Notes: generated from the letters alone by a model not told the origin. 64,000 nt of DNA from Bdellovibrionales bacterium (GCA_965202645.1 OZ241840.1:411556-475555); one strand, 5' to 3'. Counted from the stretch's first letter, positions 42,050 to 52,652 are shown. Numbers and translations are program-made.

Positions 42050-42246
42050 AAAAAAATAAACTTTGCGCCACAGTCCACATTAAGCTTGACAAATAGCCGC
42101 GCCAAAGAGGACAAGATATTTAGACTTTGCGCCATATCTCTTAAACTTAACGCTGGCAGAGCTATAAAACGCAAAAAAATAAACTTTGCGCCACAACCAT
42201 AAAACAAGGGATTAGGCAATAAATCAGCATGGCTTTTTGCTAAAAA

Positions 42247-43617
42247 TTGGGCCATAAATATAAAGGAGCGCAAGTGTTTTTTTGGTTTTATTTAAAGAGG
42301 GGTCTGTGGCTTTTTTGGCTGAGTTTTTTTTGCTTTTCAGCTCCGGCCGGCCCTTGCAAAAAAGCTGTCTTAAAGACATCCGGCAAAATAGGGGGAGGCG
42401 CTGGCTCAGCCGCTATTCAACCGGCCGGCAAACCCTTAGCGGAGGACAATTTTGCCGGGGCGAAAAATTTATCGGATAATCAGTGGGAGAGGGAAATTCA
42501 TGACGGTTATTACAGATATTTGCCCCAATCAAAAAACAGCCTGTCCATTTTTGGGAAAACGGGATTTCCAAAAGGCGCAAACGCTTTATCCAGTTTTTTA
42601 GGCTCAGAGTTTAATAAATATAGGGACGCGGCTCATTTTTATGCCGGTTATATAGGGAGAGACGCCTCAGTGAATATCCTGCGGCAGTCCCCGGAAATTT
42701 TTGTTTATGAAGGCCCCTTAGACTATTTACAGCAGGGTGTGGAGTTTTTAAATGATTACATGGGAAGAGAGGCTGTCACAAAGCTTATGGAGAAAAAGCT
42801 GGAAAGCTTTTCCCATCTAAAATTGAACGCGATAAGGCCGGTGATAAATTTTTTAGACAGCCGGTTAGGCGCGGAGCGGGCTAATGAGACTCTAAAGAGC
42901 AATTTTGAAACTGCGCTCCGCTCGGCCAGAATAAAAGAGCTGGAGCCGATTGTGAGGCTGTTGGACAGCCGCATAGGAAGGCCATCCGCAAATGAGGTTT
43001 TGATCACAAGCTTTCGGGCTGTGTCTATGGCTAAAATCAAAAAAATTAAACCTGTTCTGAGATTTTTATATCATCGCCTGGGCGCCAAGCTGGCTGATAA
43101 AATCTTAAGGGAAAATTTTGAATCTGTGTCCCGGGCCAAGCTGGAGGAGCTAAAGCCTGCAGTGGAGTTATTTGATTTGTTTTTGGATGAGCGGGCGGGA
43201 AATAGAATCTTGAGACACAAGCTCCAGATCGCCTTTCAGTCCTCTCTGGGCAATTGGGAGTCAGTGGCTGTTTTTTTGGCTAACCGCCTTTATCCTGATT
43301 TAGCGGAGGGTTTGAAAAATAAACTGGAGGCTTTGCCTATTGTTGAGCCTATTGAGTTAAAATTGGTTTTGGAGTTTTTAGACAATCGTTTAGGCCAACA
43401 GACTGCGAATAAAATTTTGAAAAAGCATTTTTTTGATGTGTTGGATGTGAGTTTGAATCAATTAAAATCTGTGACAGGCGCTTTGGACCGCCATTTGGAA
43501 AAAGAGGCTGTGAATACAGCTTTAAAAAATAGTTTTCACAGTTTATTTCATACTCCTTTGAGAGATTTGCCGTCCTCATTTGGCCATTTCAGCCAAAAAA
43601 CTGTGATTCACAAATGA
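42247..43617 (+). CDS. Secreted helical-repeat protein (units of about 35 aa, mTERF-like pattern)
   Basis: Signal peptide then GPCKKAV. Repeats of the form LxPxxxFLDxRLGxxxANxILxxxF. Confidence 0.75.
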   Translation: MGHKYKGAQVFFWFYLKRGLWLFWLSFFCFSAPAGPCKKAVLKTSGKIGGGAGSAAIQPAGKPLAEDNFAGAKNLSDNQWEREIHDGYYRYLPQSKNSLSIFGKTGFPKGANALSSFLGSEFNKYRDAAHFYAGYIGRDASVNILRQSPEIFVYEGPLDYLQQGVEFLNDYMGREAVTKLMEKKLESFSHLKLNAIRPVINFLDSRLGAERANETLKSNFETALRSARIKELEPIVRLLDSRIGRPSANEVLITSFRAVSMAKIKKIKPVLRFLYHRLGAKLADKILRENFESVSRAKLEELKPAVELFDLFLDERAGNRILRHKLQIAFQSSLGNWESVAVFLANRLYPDLAEGLKNKLEALPIVEPIELKLVLEFLDNRLGQQTANKILKKHFFDVLDVSLNQLKSVTGALDRHLEKEAVNTALKNSFHSLFHTPLRDLPSSFGHFSQKTVIHK

Positions 43618-43803
43618 AAAGGAATTTGGACAGAGCTTTTGATTATTGATTTTGTGATTTGTCATGGAAATTTTCTCAAGCGCAAATGAGAGAATTTTGG
43701 ACAGAGCTTTTGTTTGCCGGCTGTCTCATTTGGCGCTGTTTGAAAAAATGGGGGGAGATAAAATTTCAAGAGAGCTTTTTGAGACTTCAGTTTTTGAAGA
43801 TCT

Positions 43804-43999
43804 GCGCGTGGCGTTTTTGAGTTTCAATTTTTAGAGGGCGGCGTGTGGCGTTTTTGAGTTTCAATTTTTAGAGGGCGGCGCGTGGCGTTTTTGAGTTTCA
43901 ATTTTTAGAGGGCGGCGCGTGGCGTTTTTGAGTTTCAACTTTTAGAGGGTGGCGCGTGGCGTTTTTGAGTTTCAATTTTTAGAGGGCGGCGCGTGGCGC
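43804..43999. repeat. Tandem repeat, 37-bp unit, about 5.3 copies
   Basis: GCGCGTGGCGTTTTTGAGTTTCAATTTTTAGAGGGCG, head-to-tail with no spacers. Confidence 0.9.
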
Positions 44000-44024
44000 T
44001 TTGTAATTTTGCGGAAGAAAAAAT

Positions 44025-45179
44025 ATGGACTTTAATTTAAGTGAAGAGCAGTTGGCTTTTCAGGCTTTGGCCGGAGAGTTTGCCAAAAAGGAATTGCGGG
44101 AGCGGGCCGCGGAGTGGGATGAAAAAAAAATTTTCCCTAAGGATGTGATCAAAAAATCCGCTGAAATGGGATTTTGCGGCCTTTATTTAAAAGAGGATGT
44201 GGGAGGGCTGGGGCTTTCCCGTTTGGACACCGCTATTATTCTTGAGGAATTGGCTAAGGCTTGCCCCTCCACAACGGCTTATATCTCCATCCACAATATG
44301 ACGGCTTGGATGATTGATGAGTTTGGCAGTGGGTTTTTAAGGGAAAAGTTTGTGCCTCAAATGGCTAAAGGGGAGTGGCTGGGATCTTATTGCCTCACAG
44401 AGCCTTGGTCCGGATCGGACTCAGCGGGGCTAAGGGCCACGGCGCAAAAGCGGAGGGGGAAGTGGCTAATCAACGGGACTAAAGCTTTTGTTTCCGGCGC
44501 CGGAGATACGGAAACGCTTATTGTTATGGCCCGAACAGGGGAGGCTGGCCCTAAGGGAATTTCAAGTTTTGTTGTGCCGGCTGACACAAAGGGAGTCTCT
44601 TATGGAAAAAATGAGCAAAAAATGGGCTGGAACTCCCAGCCCACCCGAATAGTGAATTTAGATCAGGTTGAGATACCGGACAATTATCTTTTAGGCCAAG
44701 AGGGAGAGGGGTTTAAAATAGCCATGCGGGGTTTAAACGGCGGCCGGCTCAATATTGCCGCCTGCTCTGTGGGAGCCGCTCAAGGGGCTGTGGAGCATTC
44801 TCAAAATTATATGAGAGAAAGAGAGCAATTTGGAAAGCCTTTAAGCTCCTTTCAAGCCTTGAGGTTTAAGCTCGCGGATATGGTGACGGATGTAACGGCC
44901 TCCAGACAAATGACTCGCCTGGCGGCGTTTAAATTGGATAAAAAGGATCCTCAGGCGCCGGGCTATTGCGCTATGGCTAAAAGGATGGCCACTGATTTGT
45001 GTTTTGAGGTTTGCAATCAGGCTGTGCAAATTTATGGGGGCTATGGCTATATGAGAGAGTATCCTGTGGAGCGGCTGATGAGGGACGCCCGCGTCCATCA
45101 GATTTTAGAGGGAACAAATGAAATTATGCGTGTTATTTTATCTCGATCCATTTTAGAGAAGGGCCAGCTGTATTTTTAG
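44025..45179 (+). CDS. Acyl-CoA dehydrogenase (isobutyryl-CoA dehydrogenase-like)
   Basis: YCLTEPWSGSD, KMGWNSQPT, GGRLNIAACS, GGYGY, RVHQILEGTNEIMR. Confidence 0.93.
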   Translation: MDFNLSEEQLAFQALAGEFAKKELRERAAEWDEKKIFPKDVIKKSAEMGFCGLYLKEDVGGLGLSRLDTAIILEELAKACPSTTAYISIHNMTAWMIDEFGSGFLREKFVPQMAKGEWLGSYCLTEPWSGSDSAGLRATAQKRRGKWLINGTKAFVSGAGDTETLIVMARTGEAGPKGISSFVVPADTKGVSYGKNEQKMGWNSQPTRIVNLDQVEIPDNYLLGQEGEGFKIAMRGLNGGRLNIAACSVGAAQGAVEHSQNYMREREQFGKPLSSFQALRFKLADMVTDVTASRQMTRLAAFKLDKKDPQAPGYCAMAKRMATDLCFEVCNQAVQIYGGYGYMREYPVERLMRDARVHQILEGTNEIMRVILSRSILEKGQLYF

Positions 45180-45190
45180 CCGGCCGGAGG

Positions 45191-47767
45191 CTATTTAAAT
45201 TCCAGCATTAAATCATTGGCTGTCACTTGAATTTTGGCTTTTTTGGAAAACTCCCCTTTTAAAATCTTTTGAGCCAGAGGGTTTAAAAGCTCTTTTTGAA
45301 TGGCTCGGCGGACGGGGCGCGCGCCATAAGCGGGATCATAAGCTTTAGCCGACAAAAAGGACAGGGCTTTTTGATCCAGCTGAAGCTGAGCGCCATCTTT
45401 CAGCCGGCTCTCCACCCTCTGAACCTGCATTTTCACAATATCCTCTATCTGTTTTTTATCGAGAGAGTTGTAAATGATCACCTCGTCAATGCGGTTTAAA
45501 AATTCCGGGCGAAAATGCTTTTTGAGCAATTCTTGAGTTTTTTTTCGCTTTTCCCCCTCTTTCAGAGACTCATCAATTAAAATCTCTGATCCGATATTGC
45601 CGGTCATGATCAAAATGGCGTTTCTAAAATCCACAGTCCGGCCTTGCCCATCTGTCAAGCGCCCCTCATCTAATACCTGCAGGAGAATGTGAAACACATC
45701 GGGATGCGCTTTCTCTATCTCATCAATCAGGATGACGCTATAAGGCTGTCTTCTGATTTTTTCCGTCAACTGCCCGCCCTCCTCAAAGCCCACATAGCCG
45801 GGAGGAGCGCCAATCAAACGGGACACGCTGTGCTTTTCCATGTATTCGCTCATATCAACACGCGCTAAAGACTTTTCTGAATCAAACAGAAACTCCGCCA
45901 AAGCCTTGGCGGTTTCGGTTTTTCCCACTCCTGTCGGCCCTAAAAAGATAAAACTTCCCACGGGGCAGTTTGGCTCAGAGATTTCCGCCCGGGCCCGGCG
46001 GATGGCGGAGCTGATAAGCGATAAAGCCTGATCCTGCCCCACAACTCTTTTTTTTAAATGAGACTCCATCGATAAAAGCTTTTCGGCCTCTGTCTCCAGC
46101 ATTTTCTTTAAGGGAATGCCGGTCCATTGAGAGATCGCCTCCGCCACCTCCTCCGGCCCCACTTCCTCTTTTAACAGCATGTTTTCTTTTTTATTTTTCG
46201 CCTGCTCCTCTAAATCGGCCATTTCTTTTTTTAAATCGGGGAGGCGGCCATACTTTAGCTCCGCCGCTTTGTCTAAAGCGCCCTCTCTCTCCGATCGCTC
46301 AATGTTTTGCTTGACCCGCTCAATCTTTTTTTTAAGGGAGCGAAGCTTTAAAATGGATGACCTCTCCTTTTCCAGCTGAGCCTTTAAAGTTTTTGTTTTC
46401 TCCTGCAAATCTTTTAAATGGCTTTCAATTTCCGAGAGCCGTTTTTTTGAAGATTCGTCTTTCTCTTTGGACAAAGCCTTTTTTTCCACTTGGAGGTGAA
46501 TGATTTTTCTCTGATTTTCATCAATGACCGCCGGGACGCTGTGGATCTCAATATTCAGCCGGCTGGCCGCCTCGTCTATCAGATCGATGGCCTTATCCGG
46601 CAAAAACCGATCGGTGATGTAGCGATGGGACAATTTGACAGCTGTCAAAAGGGCAGAGTCCCTGATGCGAACCCCATGATGCACTTCATATCTTTCCTTT
46701 AAGCCTCTGAGTATTGTCAAAGAGTCCTCAATGCCCGGCTCTTCCACAAGAACAATTTGAAAGCGCCTCTCCAGGGCTTTATCTTTTTCAATAAATTTTC
46801 TGTATTCATCCAGAGTTGTGGCGCCGATGGCTCGCAATTCCCCTCTGGCTAAAGCCGGTTTGAGCATCTGTCCGGCGTCCATGGCTCCATCGGTTTTTCC
46901 GGCCCCCACCAGAGTATGAAGCTCATCAATAAATAAAAAAATTTCCCCATCGCTGGAGCTTATCTCGGAAATAAGCGCCTTTAAGCGATCCTCGAACTCT
47001 CCCCGATATTTAGAGCCGGCAATCATAGATGCCAGATCCAGGGCTAAAATTCTCTTTCCAAAAAGGACTTCGGGAACATCTTTTTTAAAAATTCTAAGAG
47101 CCAGCCCCTCGGCGATAGCGGTTTTTCCCACTCCCGGCTCTCCGATAAGAACAGGATTGTTTTTTGTCCGGCGGGAGAGCGTCTGAATGAGCCTGCGTAT
47201 CTCCTTGTCTCTTCCAATCACGGGATCTAACTTGTCCCGCTCCGCCAGTTTTGTCAGATCCCGCGTGTATCTGTCTAAAACATTCATTTTGCTTTCCGGA
47301 TTTTGATCCCTGATTTTTTTATCCCCCCTTAAATTTTTTAGGGCTTTTAAAAAATTTTCCCGTCCCGCGTTGCGCTTTTGAAAAATCCCTTTTAACCGCT
47401 GGTGAGAAGAGGAAAAGAGAGCTAAAATAAAATGCTCTGTGGAGATGTAGGAGTCTCCCCGCTTTTCCGCCTCTTTTTCGGCTTGAGTCAATATTTGAAT
47501 AAAATCATTTGAGGGAAAGGGGGGAGAGTTTGAGCCTTTAGCTTGCGGAAGACGGCCAAGCTCCCGCTCTAAATCCTCTGTCAGGCTTTGTTTGTTGACA
47601 TTTAAAGACTCCAAAATTTGGCCGGCCAAGCCCTCTCTTTGCCTTAAAATCTCTAAAATCAGATGAACAGGCTCTATGGCGGGATTTTGGCTTTTTTGAG
47701 CGGTTAAAAGGGCCTCTTGAAAAGCCTCGCGGCTTTTTTGTGTCATCTTTTCCAGCAGCCTTTGCAT
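45191..47767 (-). CDS. clpB: Chaperone ClpB
   Basis: Two AAA+ modules (GEPGVGKT, GPTGVGKT) and a coiled-coil middle domain with AAELKYG. Confidence 0.96.
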   Translation of the reverse strand: MQRLLEKMTQKSREAFQEALLTAQKSQNPAIEPVHLILEILRQREGLAGQILESLNVNKQSLTEDLERELGRLPQAKGSNSPPFPSNDFIQILTQAEKEAEKRGDSYISTEHFILALFSSSHQRLKGIFQKRNAGRENFLKALKNLRGDKKIRDQNPESKMNVLDRYTRDLTKLAERDKLDPVIGRDKEIRRLIQTLSRRTKNNPVLIGEPGVGKTAIAEGLALRIFKKDVPEVLFGKRILALDLASMIAGSKYRGEFEDRLKALISEISSSDGEIFLFIDELHTLVGAGKTDGAMDAGQMLKPALARGELRAIGATTLDEYRKFIEKDKALERRFQIVLVEEPGIEDSLTILRGLKERYEVHHGVRIRDSALLTAVKLSHRYITDRFLPDKAIDLIDEAASRLNIEIHSVPAVIDENQRKIIHLQVEKKALSKEKDESSKKRLSEIESHLKDLQEKTKTLKAQLEKERSSILKLRSLKKKIERVKQNIERSEREGALDKAAELKYGRLPDLKKEMADLEEQAKNKKENMLLKEEVGPEEVAEAISQWTGIPLKKMLETEAEKLLSMESHLKKRVVGQDQALSLISSAIRRARAEISEPNCPVGSFIFLGPTGVGKTETAKALAEFLFDSEKSLARVDMSEYMEKHSVSRLIGAPPGYVGFEEGGQLTEKIRRQPYSVILIDEIEKAHPDVFHILLQVLDEGRLTDGQGRTVDFRNAILIMTGNIGSEILIDESLKEGEKRKKTQELLKKHFRPEFLNRIDEVIIYNSLDKKQIEDIVKMQVQRVESRLKDGAQLQLDQKALSFLSAKAYDPAYGARPVRRAIQKELLNPLAQKILKGEFSKKAKIQVTANDLMLEFK

Positions 47768-48042
47768 AATTATTAATGTGTGGAGCAAAGCCTCTTTTGT
47801 CAACTTTGGCCTTTTTTTGAGGGATTTTAAGCTGATTAAAGAGATTTAATGGGATGACGCCTGCTCTTTTTGGCTAGCGCCGCTTTGTTGTATTACAGAG
47901 AATGTTTGGCTGCTTTGCTCAAGAGTCACGTCTGCCCTTTTCCAGCCAGCGCCGCTCTGGAGGCTTTTTTTGGCTCTTATCGCTAAAGCCGGCCGGGATT
48001 TGCCGGCGCCGGCCGGCTGGAAAGCGCCAGCCGTTTATTGAG

Positions 48043-50700
48043 TCAAATAGCCTGTGATATTTGGTTTAGTTGCTCTAAATATTGTTTATATGAGCCTTTT
48101 ATATTATTAGCCTGTTGCTGGCTTTTTTTATTATCCACAGCAGTGTTAAAAGCTATAAGGAATATGATATCCTCATGCGCAAATCCCACCAAACGAAAAT
48201 ACCCTTTACTGCTAAGGTTTTTCACCTCCAGAAAATTATTTGCTTTTGGCCGGCTTGTGTCTATTAATCTTTTGATCCCAGTTGTGCTGGTTTTGCCATA
48301 TCCTTTTTGTATAGCCTTTAACAGCGTATTTGCCAATTTTTCATTATAGCCTTTCGCGTTTTTGCCGTCAAAAAAGCGGTGAACAATATCCGGATGAAAA
48401 ACCACCCGCCGGATATCCGGGCTATTGATAAATTGGACAGGGTAAAATGTCCATGGCCTTAAAGCCGATGGATTATCCAGCAAATCATCCCATGTCTTTG
48501 CCGGAAGAGAGTTGGGGGGCGCCTCCCGCGCGGAATGGGAGTTTATAGGGCCTAAATAGCTGGCTAGCTCTTCCAGCTTTTTTTGCAAGCGCTCAAGCTC
48601 CTGTTTTTTTATCGGATTTTCAGACATGGCGATCTCGTATATATTCTGCGCTGTAAGCAGATCTTCCCGCATAGAGCCGCTTAAAGATTCTGGCAGCTCA
48701 TTTAGCGAGCCCGCAATCTCGTCCGCCTTTTCAGCCACAGCAAACCGCTCATCTTCTGAGGCAAAAACCGGCTCTTCCGCCTCACTGGATTTTGGCGGCT
48801 GTCTCAGCTCCTCCTGTAATTGGCCCTCAGAATTTATGGCTAAACTCGGCTCTTTGGCCGGCAGGCCATTCAAAAGCCCTCGCGATTCAAGGTTTTTTAT
48901 GATTTTTTCCGGCCAGCTGTCCACTGGCAGAGCAGAGAGGAGATTGTCAGACCCAAACTGCTCTAAAGGAACTCTTAAATCAGAGTGGTTTTTAGCGATT
49001 ATTTGAGACAAAACATCTCTTAGCCAGGGGCCTGGATCGCTCGCTAAAATTTGAAATCGTTTGGCAAAAGCCTTATAATCTCTTGATTTTTCTAAAAATT
49101 TTAAAATCTGCAAGTAAGAGAGGTATTCTCGCTTTCCTGTCTCTTTCAGCGAAAACGCTAAACTGTAAATTTGCTCCGGGCTTAAAGCCTGAATTTGATC
49201 TTTTGTCATATAGGGCAATAGCCAAGGGGTTATTTTTATATCTGGAATTTGCTCCGGATCTATAGCCTGCATTTTTCTTAAATCCTCCATTTCCCTCTCA
49301 TTCAGCGAAAGGAGAAGCCTGTCACCCATTTCCAGAGCTTTTTTAATTTGCGCTTTATCCGTTCTCCGGTCCGGATCAAAATAAAGAGCGCGATAACTGG
49401 ATTTTTCTATAATTACATGATGGGAAGAATCAGCTGGCCCCTCCTCTTTTTGGGCGGGATCTTCGGCTGTTGTTATTTCTGTTTTTGCTGAGCGCGCCTC
49501 CAACTGCCTTGTATCTGTCTGGCTTAATTTCTCATTCTTTTTTTGAGCGGGATCTTCAGCTGTTGTTATTTCTGTTTTTGCTGAGCGCGTCTCCAACTGC
49601 CTTGTATCTGTCTGGCTTAATTTCTCATTCTTTTTTTGAGCGGGATCTTCAGCTGTTGTTATTTCTGTTTTTGCTGAGCGCGTCTCCAACTGACTTGTAT
49701 CTGTCTGGCTTAATTTCTCCTCTTGCCTGCTTTTCTCCGTTAACTCTGTTAGGTCCCGCTGGACAGTTTGCAAATTCTCCTTAATTTGATCCGTTTGATT
49801 TTGCAGTGTTATTGCGGCTTTTGCCGCCAGGGCTAATTCCTCCTCTTTTTGCCTGCTTTCCTCCGTTAACTCTGTTAGGCTCAGCTGGATAGTTTGCAAA
49901 TTCTCCTTAATTTGATCCGTTTGATTTTGCAGTGTTATTGCGGCTTTTGCCGCTAGGGCTAATTCCTCCTTTTTTTGGCTGATTTCCCCTGTTAAGTCTT
50001 TTATTTCCCCTTGGACAGTTTGCAGATTCTCCTTGTTTTGAAGCTCTTGCTCCATCTGCTCTTTAGCTTTCACTAGCTCCAACTCCAACTCTAATTTTTT
50101 TCTTTCAAGCTGTAACTTCTCCCTAAATTGCTCCCGGCTTATTCCCTCCTTTTATTGTTTTTCCGCCTCTTTTAGCTCTCTGGCCGCAGAGTTAGCTGCG
50201 GCTATCAACAATTTTACTTGGGCCTCAACTGCTGGCGATTTCTTTGATTCTTCTTTAATTTGCGCTGCCAATATCATTCTTTGTTTCGTTAAAGGCTTGA
50301 GCTTTTTCTCAAGAGCGCTGATTGTGTTTTTTAATGTTTTCGCCTGGCGCTTTAACCGCTCTAACTCCCTCTCAGCTGTGGCTATTTCTGTTTGTTTGGC
50401 CTTCTTTTTTTGCTCTTCCGCGCGGCTTTTCTCAATATTTGTTTTTATTTGCGCTTTTAGCTCTTGCTGTTTGGCTTGGCCGCCGGCCAGCTCTGCAGTT
50501 GTTTGTTGGAGCTGAGCTTTTAAATAATCCTCTTTCTCCAGCTGTTTTTTAATATGCGTTGTTTCGCTTTCCAGCCGGCTGAGCCTCTCTTTCAGCTCTT
50601 GCCTTTTTTTGGAGGTAAAAAAATTATGACAGGGATCGGCGAAAGCGCTTGCCCCGATCAAACAAATTAGCCATGCAAAATAAATAAAAAAAATTTTCAT
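48043..50700 (-). pseudogene. Large secreted coiled-coil/repeat protein interrupted by one in-frame TAA, with a possible RelE-like C-terminal domain
   Basis: ORFs 50152-50787 and 48043-50088 are in the same frame, and the sequence after the TAA at 50152-50154 stays open. Signal peptide from ATG 50700. Internal 30-aa and 42-aa repeats. Confidence 0.65.
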
Positions 50701-50903
50701 GTTTCTGTTTTTTCTCTGAATATTCAGATATTTTTTCTCATAAGCGCAAAAGGGGGGCTTAATTGGCGCATGCCCTTTTTTAGACAATCTCTATATCACA
50801 GGCTCAAATTAAAATCAATAAATCGGAAATTTTTACAAACCGGCGCGCTTATTTGCCGGCAGAGCTTAAGCGGCAGGCTTTCTTGAAAGAAAGGCTTTTT
50901 GGC

Positions 50904-51096
50904 GGAAATTATACACTTAAAGCCGCATAAAACCTTAAATGTAAGGCTTACAGGAGGTTTTAATGATTTAGCGCTAAAAGCGTGCATAAAACTAAGAAAA
51001 CAGATAGTTAATAATATAAATTATTGATTTTGTTTAACTTTTGCCGTGCATAAACCGTTCAGGGTTTTACAAATGCGGTGTCAAATATATATTCCC
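50904..51096. mobile_element. MITE copy 3 (internally deleted, no clear TSD)
   Basis: Long stretches identical to 41834-42049. Confidence 0.8.
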
Positions 51097-51121
51097 TATT
51101 TTTTTTAGCGCGATCCAAAAG

Positions 51122-51251
51122 TTTCAAGGGGAGGAGGGGCCGGAAAGAGTGGCCCGTGAGGTTTTTAATGGCCATCGAGGGCGGGCTTATAGAAATGTCT
51201 CCGCTCTCCGGGAGAGCCTGTAATTGTAAGGGAGCTTGGAGGCTTTTAAAG
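51122..51251 (+). pseudogene. Detached fragment of the C-terminus of the 67-aa-repeat protein family
   Basis: Encodes FQGEEGPERVAREVFNGHRGRAYRNVSALRESL, matching the ends of 21068-22795 and 56830-58200, then hits stops. Confidence 0.75.
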
Positions 51252-51337
51252 TGGGGTGAGGGAAAACAAACAGGCGTCAAAACGACAACTGGCCTGTCAA
51301 GCCAAAGAGGATTTACTTCAGGGAAAGTGAAGAGGCA

Positions 51338-51568
51338 TTAAGAGCCGTTTTTCAGCTTTTTTATTTCCTTCTCAGAAAGCCCTGTCACTTCAGAGATCAA
51401 AGAAGTATCCAGCTTTTTCTTCAACATATTTAGGACAACTTCCTGCCGGCCTTCCTGCCGCCCTTTTCTCAAGCCTTTTCTTTCGCCTTCCTGCCGGCCT
51501 TCCTGCCGGCCTTTTCTTTCGCCTTCCCAGCGGCCTTTTTCTTTGATAATTTCTCTCACATCCTGCAT
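51338..51568 (-). CDS. Putative RpnS small C-terminal protein from an internal in-frame start (76 aa)
   Basis: AAAGGAGGGCTTATG: a strong SD directly before an in-frame ATG at 51568 (MQDVREIIKE...). Confidence 0.6.
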   Translation of the reverse strand: MQDVREIIKEKGRWEGERKGRQEGRQEGERKGLRKGRQEGRQEVVLNMLKKKLDTSLISEVTGLSEKEIKKLKNGS

Positions 51569-52399
51569 AAGCCCTCCTTTTTTTAATGTCCCTGCCTCTA
51601 CAAGCAGTTTCTCCGCCTTTTTCCAAACCCTTGAATTTAACCCTGTATTATCTCTTAAATACTCCAATATCCTTAACTCTACTGTCTTTCTCTCCTTGCC
51701 CTTTAAATCCTTCAATATCTCCTCAAACTCAGCATAAGCGTCCCTTATTTTTAAGGGAGTTGGCTTCCTCTTTAAACTCCATATCTCAGATAAAAGCTTT
51801 ATCACACTATAACCCTTAAACTTCTTGCCCTTAAGGGCTTTCTGGATTTTTGGGTCTTGCGTGTTTATTATCCTTAGCCCGAAGTTTAACATATCTTTTC
51901 TGGATTCAACAGGAATTTTTGAAAAAAAAGGCGCAAAATCCTCTTCTTGCAGGGATTTTTTCCACTTGAGGGGCTGTTCTCCGTGATAAAACAGCAAAGA
52001 GATTATGGGCTGAGCGTAGCCTATTTGCTGAATGCTGAGCTTTCGGCCTAATACCTGATAATCTAAAAGCTGGCTATGCATGTTTTTATCGTAATGGCTT
52101 TTGTGCTCTAAAAGAATAAAGATTTTTGCCTTTATTTTTGGCTGGTCTTTAAAAGGGAGGGAATAGATAAGATCCGCTCTTTTGGCCTCAAAAGTGTCTT
52201 TTTCTATTTGCAGTTTGTTTAAATTATAGGCTCTCAGCTCTTTTTTTGAAAAAATAAGCTTTACCAGCTCTTTAGCAAGCTTTGGGTCAGAGTAAAAGAG
52301 TTTAAAGAAGTTATCGTGGGTAAGCTTTGGCTTTTCCCTCTGGGCTTGAGATTTGTTTTCCCTCTGGGCTTGAGATTTGCTCTTTTTGCGCTTTTCCAT
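51338..52399 (-). CDS. Rpn/YhgA-family recombination-promoting nuclease (PD-(D/E)XK)
   Basis: HDNFFK, RADL, LLEHKS, LFYHG, EGRQEG repeats and C-terminal ISEVTGLSEKEI. Confidence 0.92.
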   Translation of the reverse strand: MEKRKKSKSQAQRENKSQAQREKPKLTHDNFFKLFYSDPKLAKELVKLIFSKKELRAYNLNKLQIEKDTFEAKRADLIYSLPFKDQPKIKAKIFILLEHKSHYDKNMHSQLLDYQVLGRKLSIQQIGYAQPIISLLFYHGEQPLKWKKSLQEEDFAPFFSKIPVESRKDMLNFGLRIINTQDPKIQKALKGKKFKGYSVIKLLSEIWSLKRKPTPLKIRDAYAEFEEILKDLKGKERKTVELRILEYLRDNTGLNSRVWKKAEKLLVEAGTLKKGGLMQDVREIIKEKGRWEGERKGRQEGRQEGERKGLRKGRQEGRQEVVLNMLKKKLDTSLISEVTGLSEKEIKKLKNGS

Positions 52400-52652
52400 A
52401 AAGAATCCTTTAGTTTGTTTTTAAAAGCCCTTATTAAGGGCAAATTTCAAGTTTAAAGCAGTTGAAATAAAAATACAATAAAAAAATCTATTTCTCAATC
52501 TCAAATCTCGATTTTTAGAGTGGGATGAACTCCCTATAGGAGGCTATTTTTTATTCCTTTGCGGGTCATCTGTTGGCTGCTTGCTCTCTATTATTGTCTT
52601 AAAGCTCCAGCCACTGCTTTGGCTGAATAAAATTTTTTGTCTGTTTTTTTGC

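Noticed and set aside
43804-43999. 37-bp repeats as a second CRISPR array
   Set aside because: Units are head-to-tail with no unique spacers.
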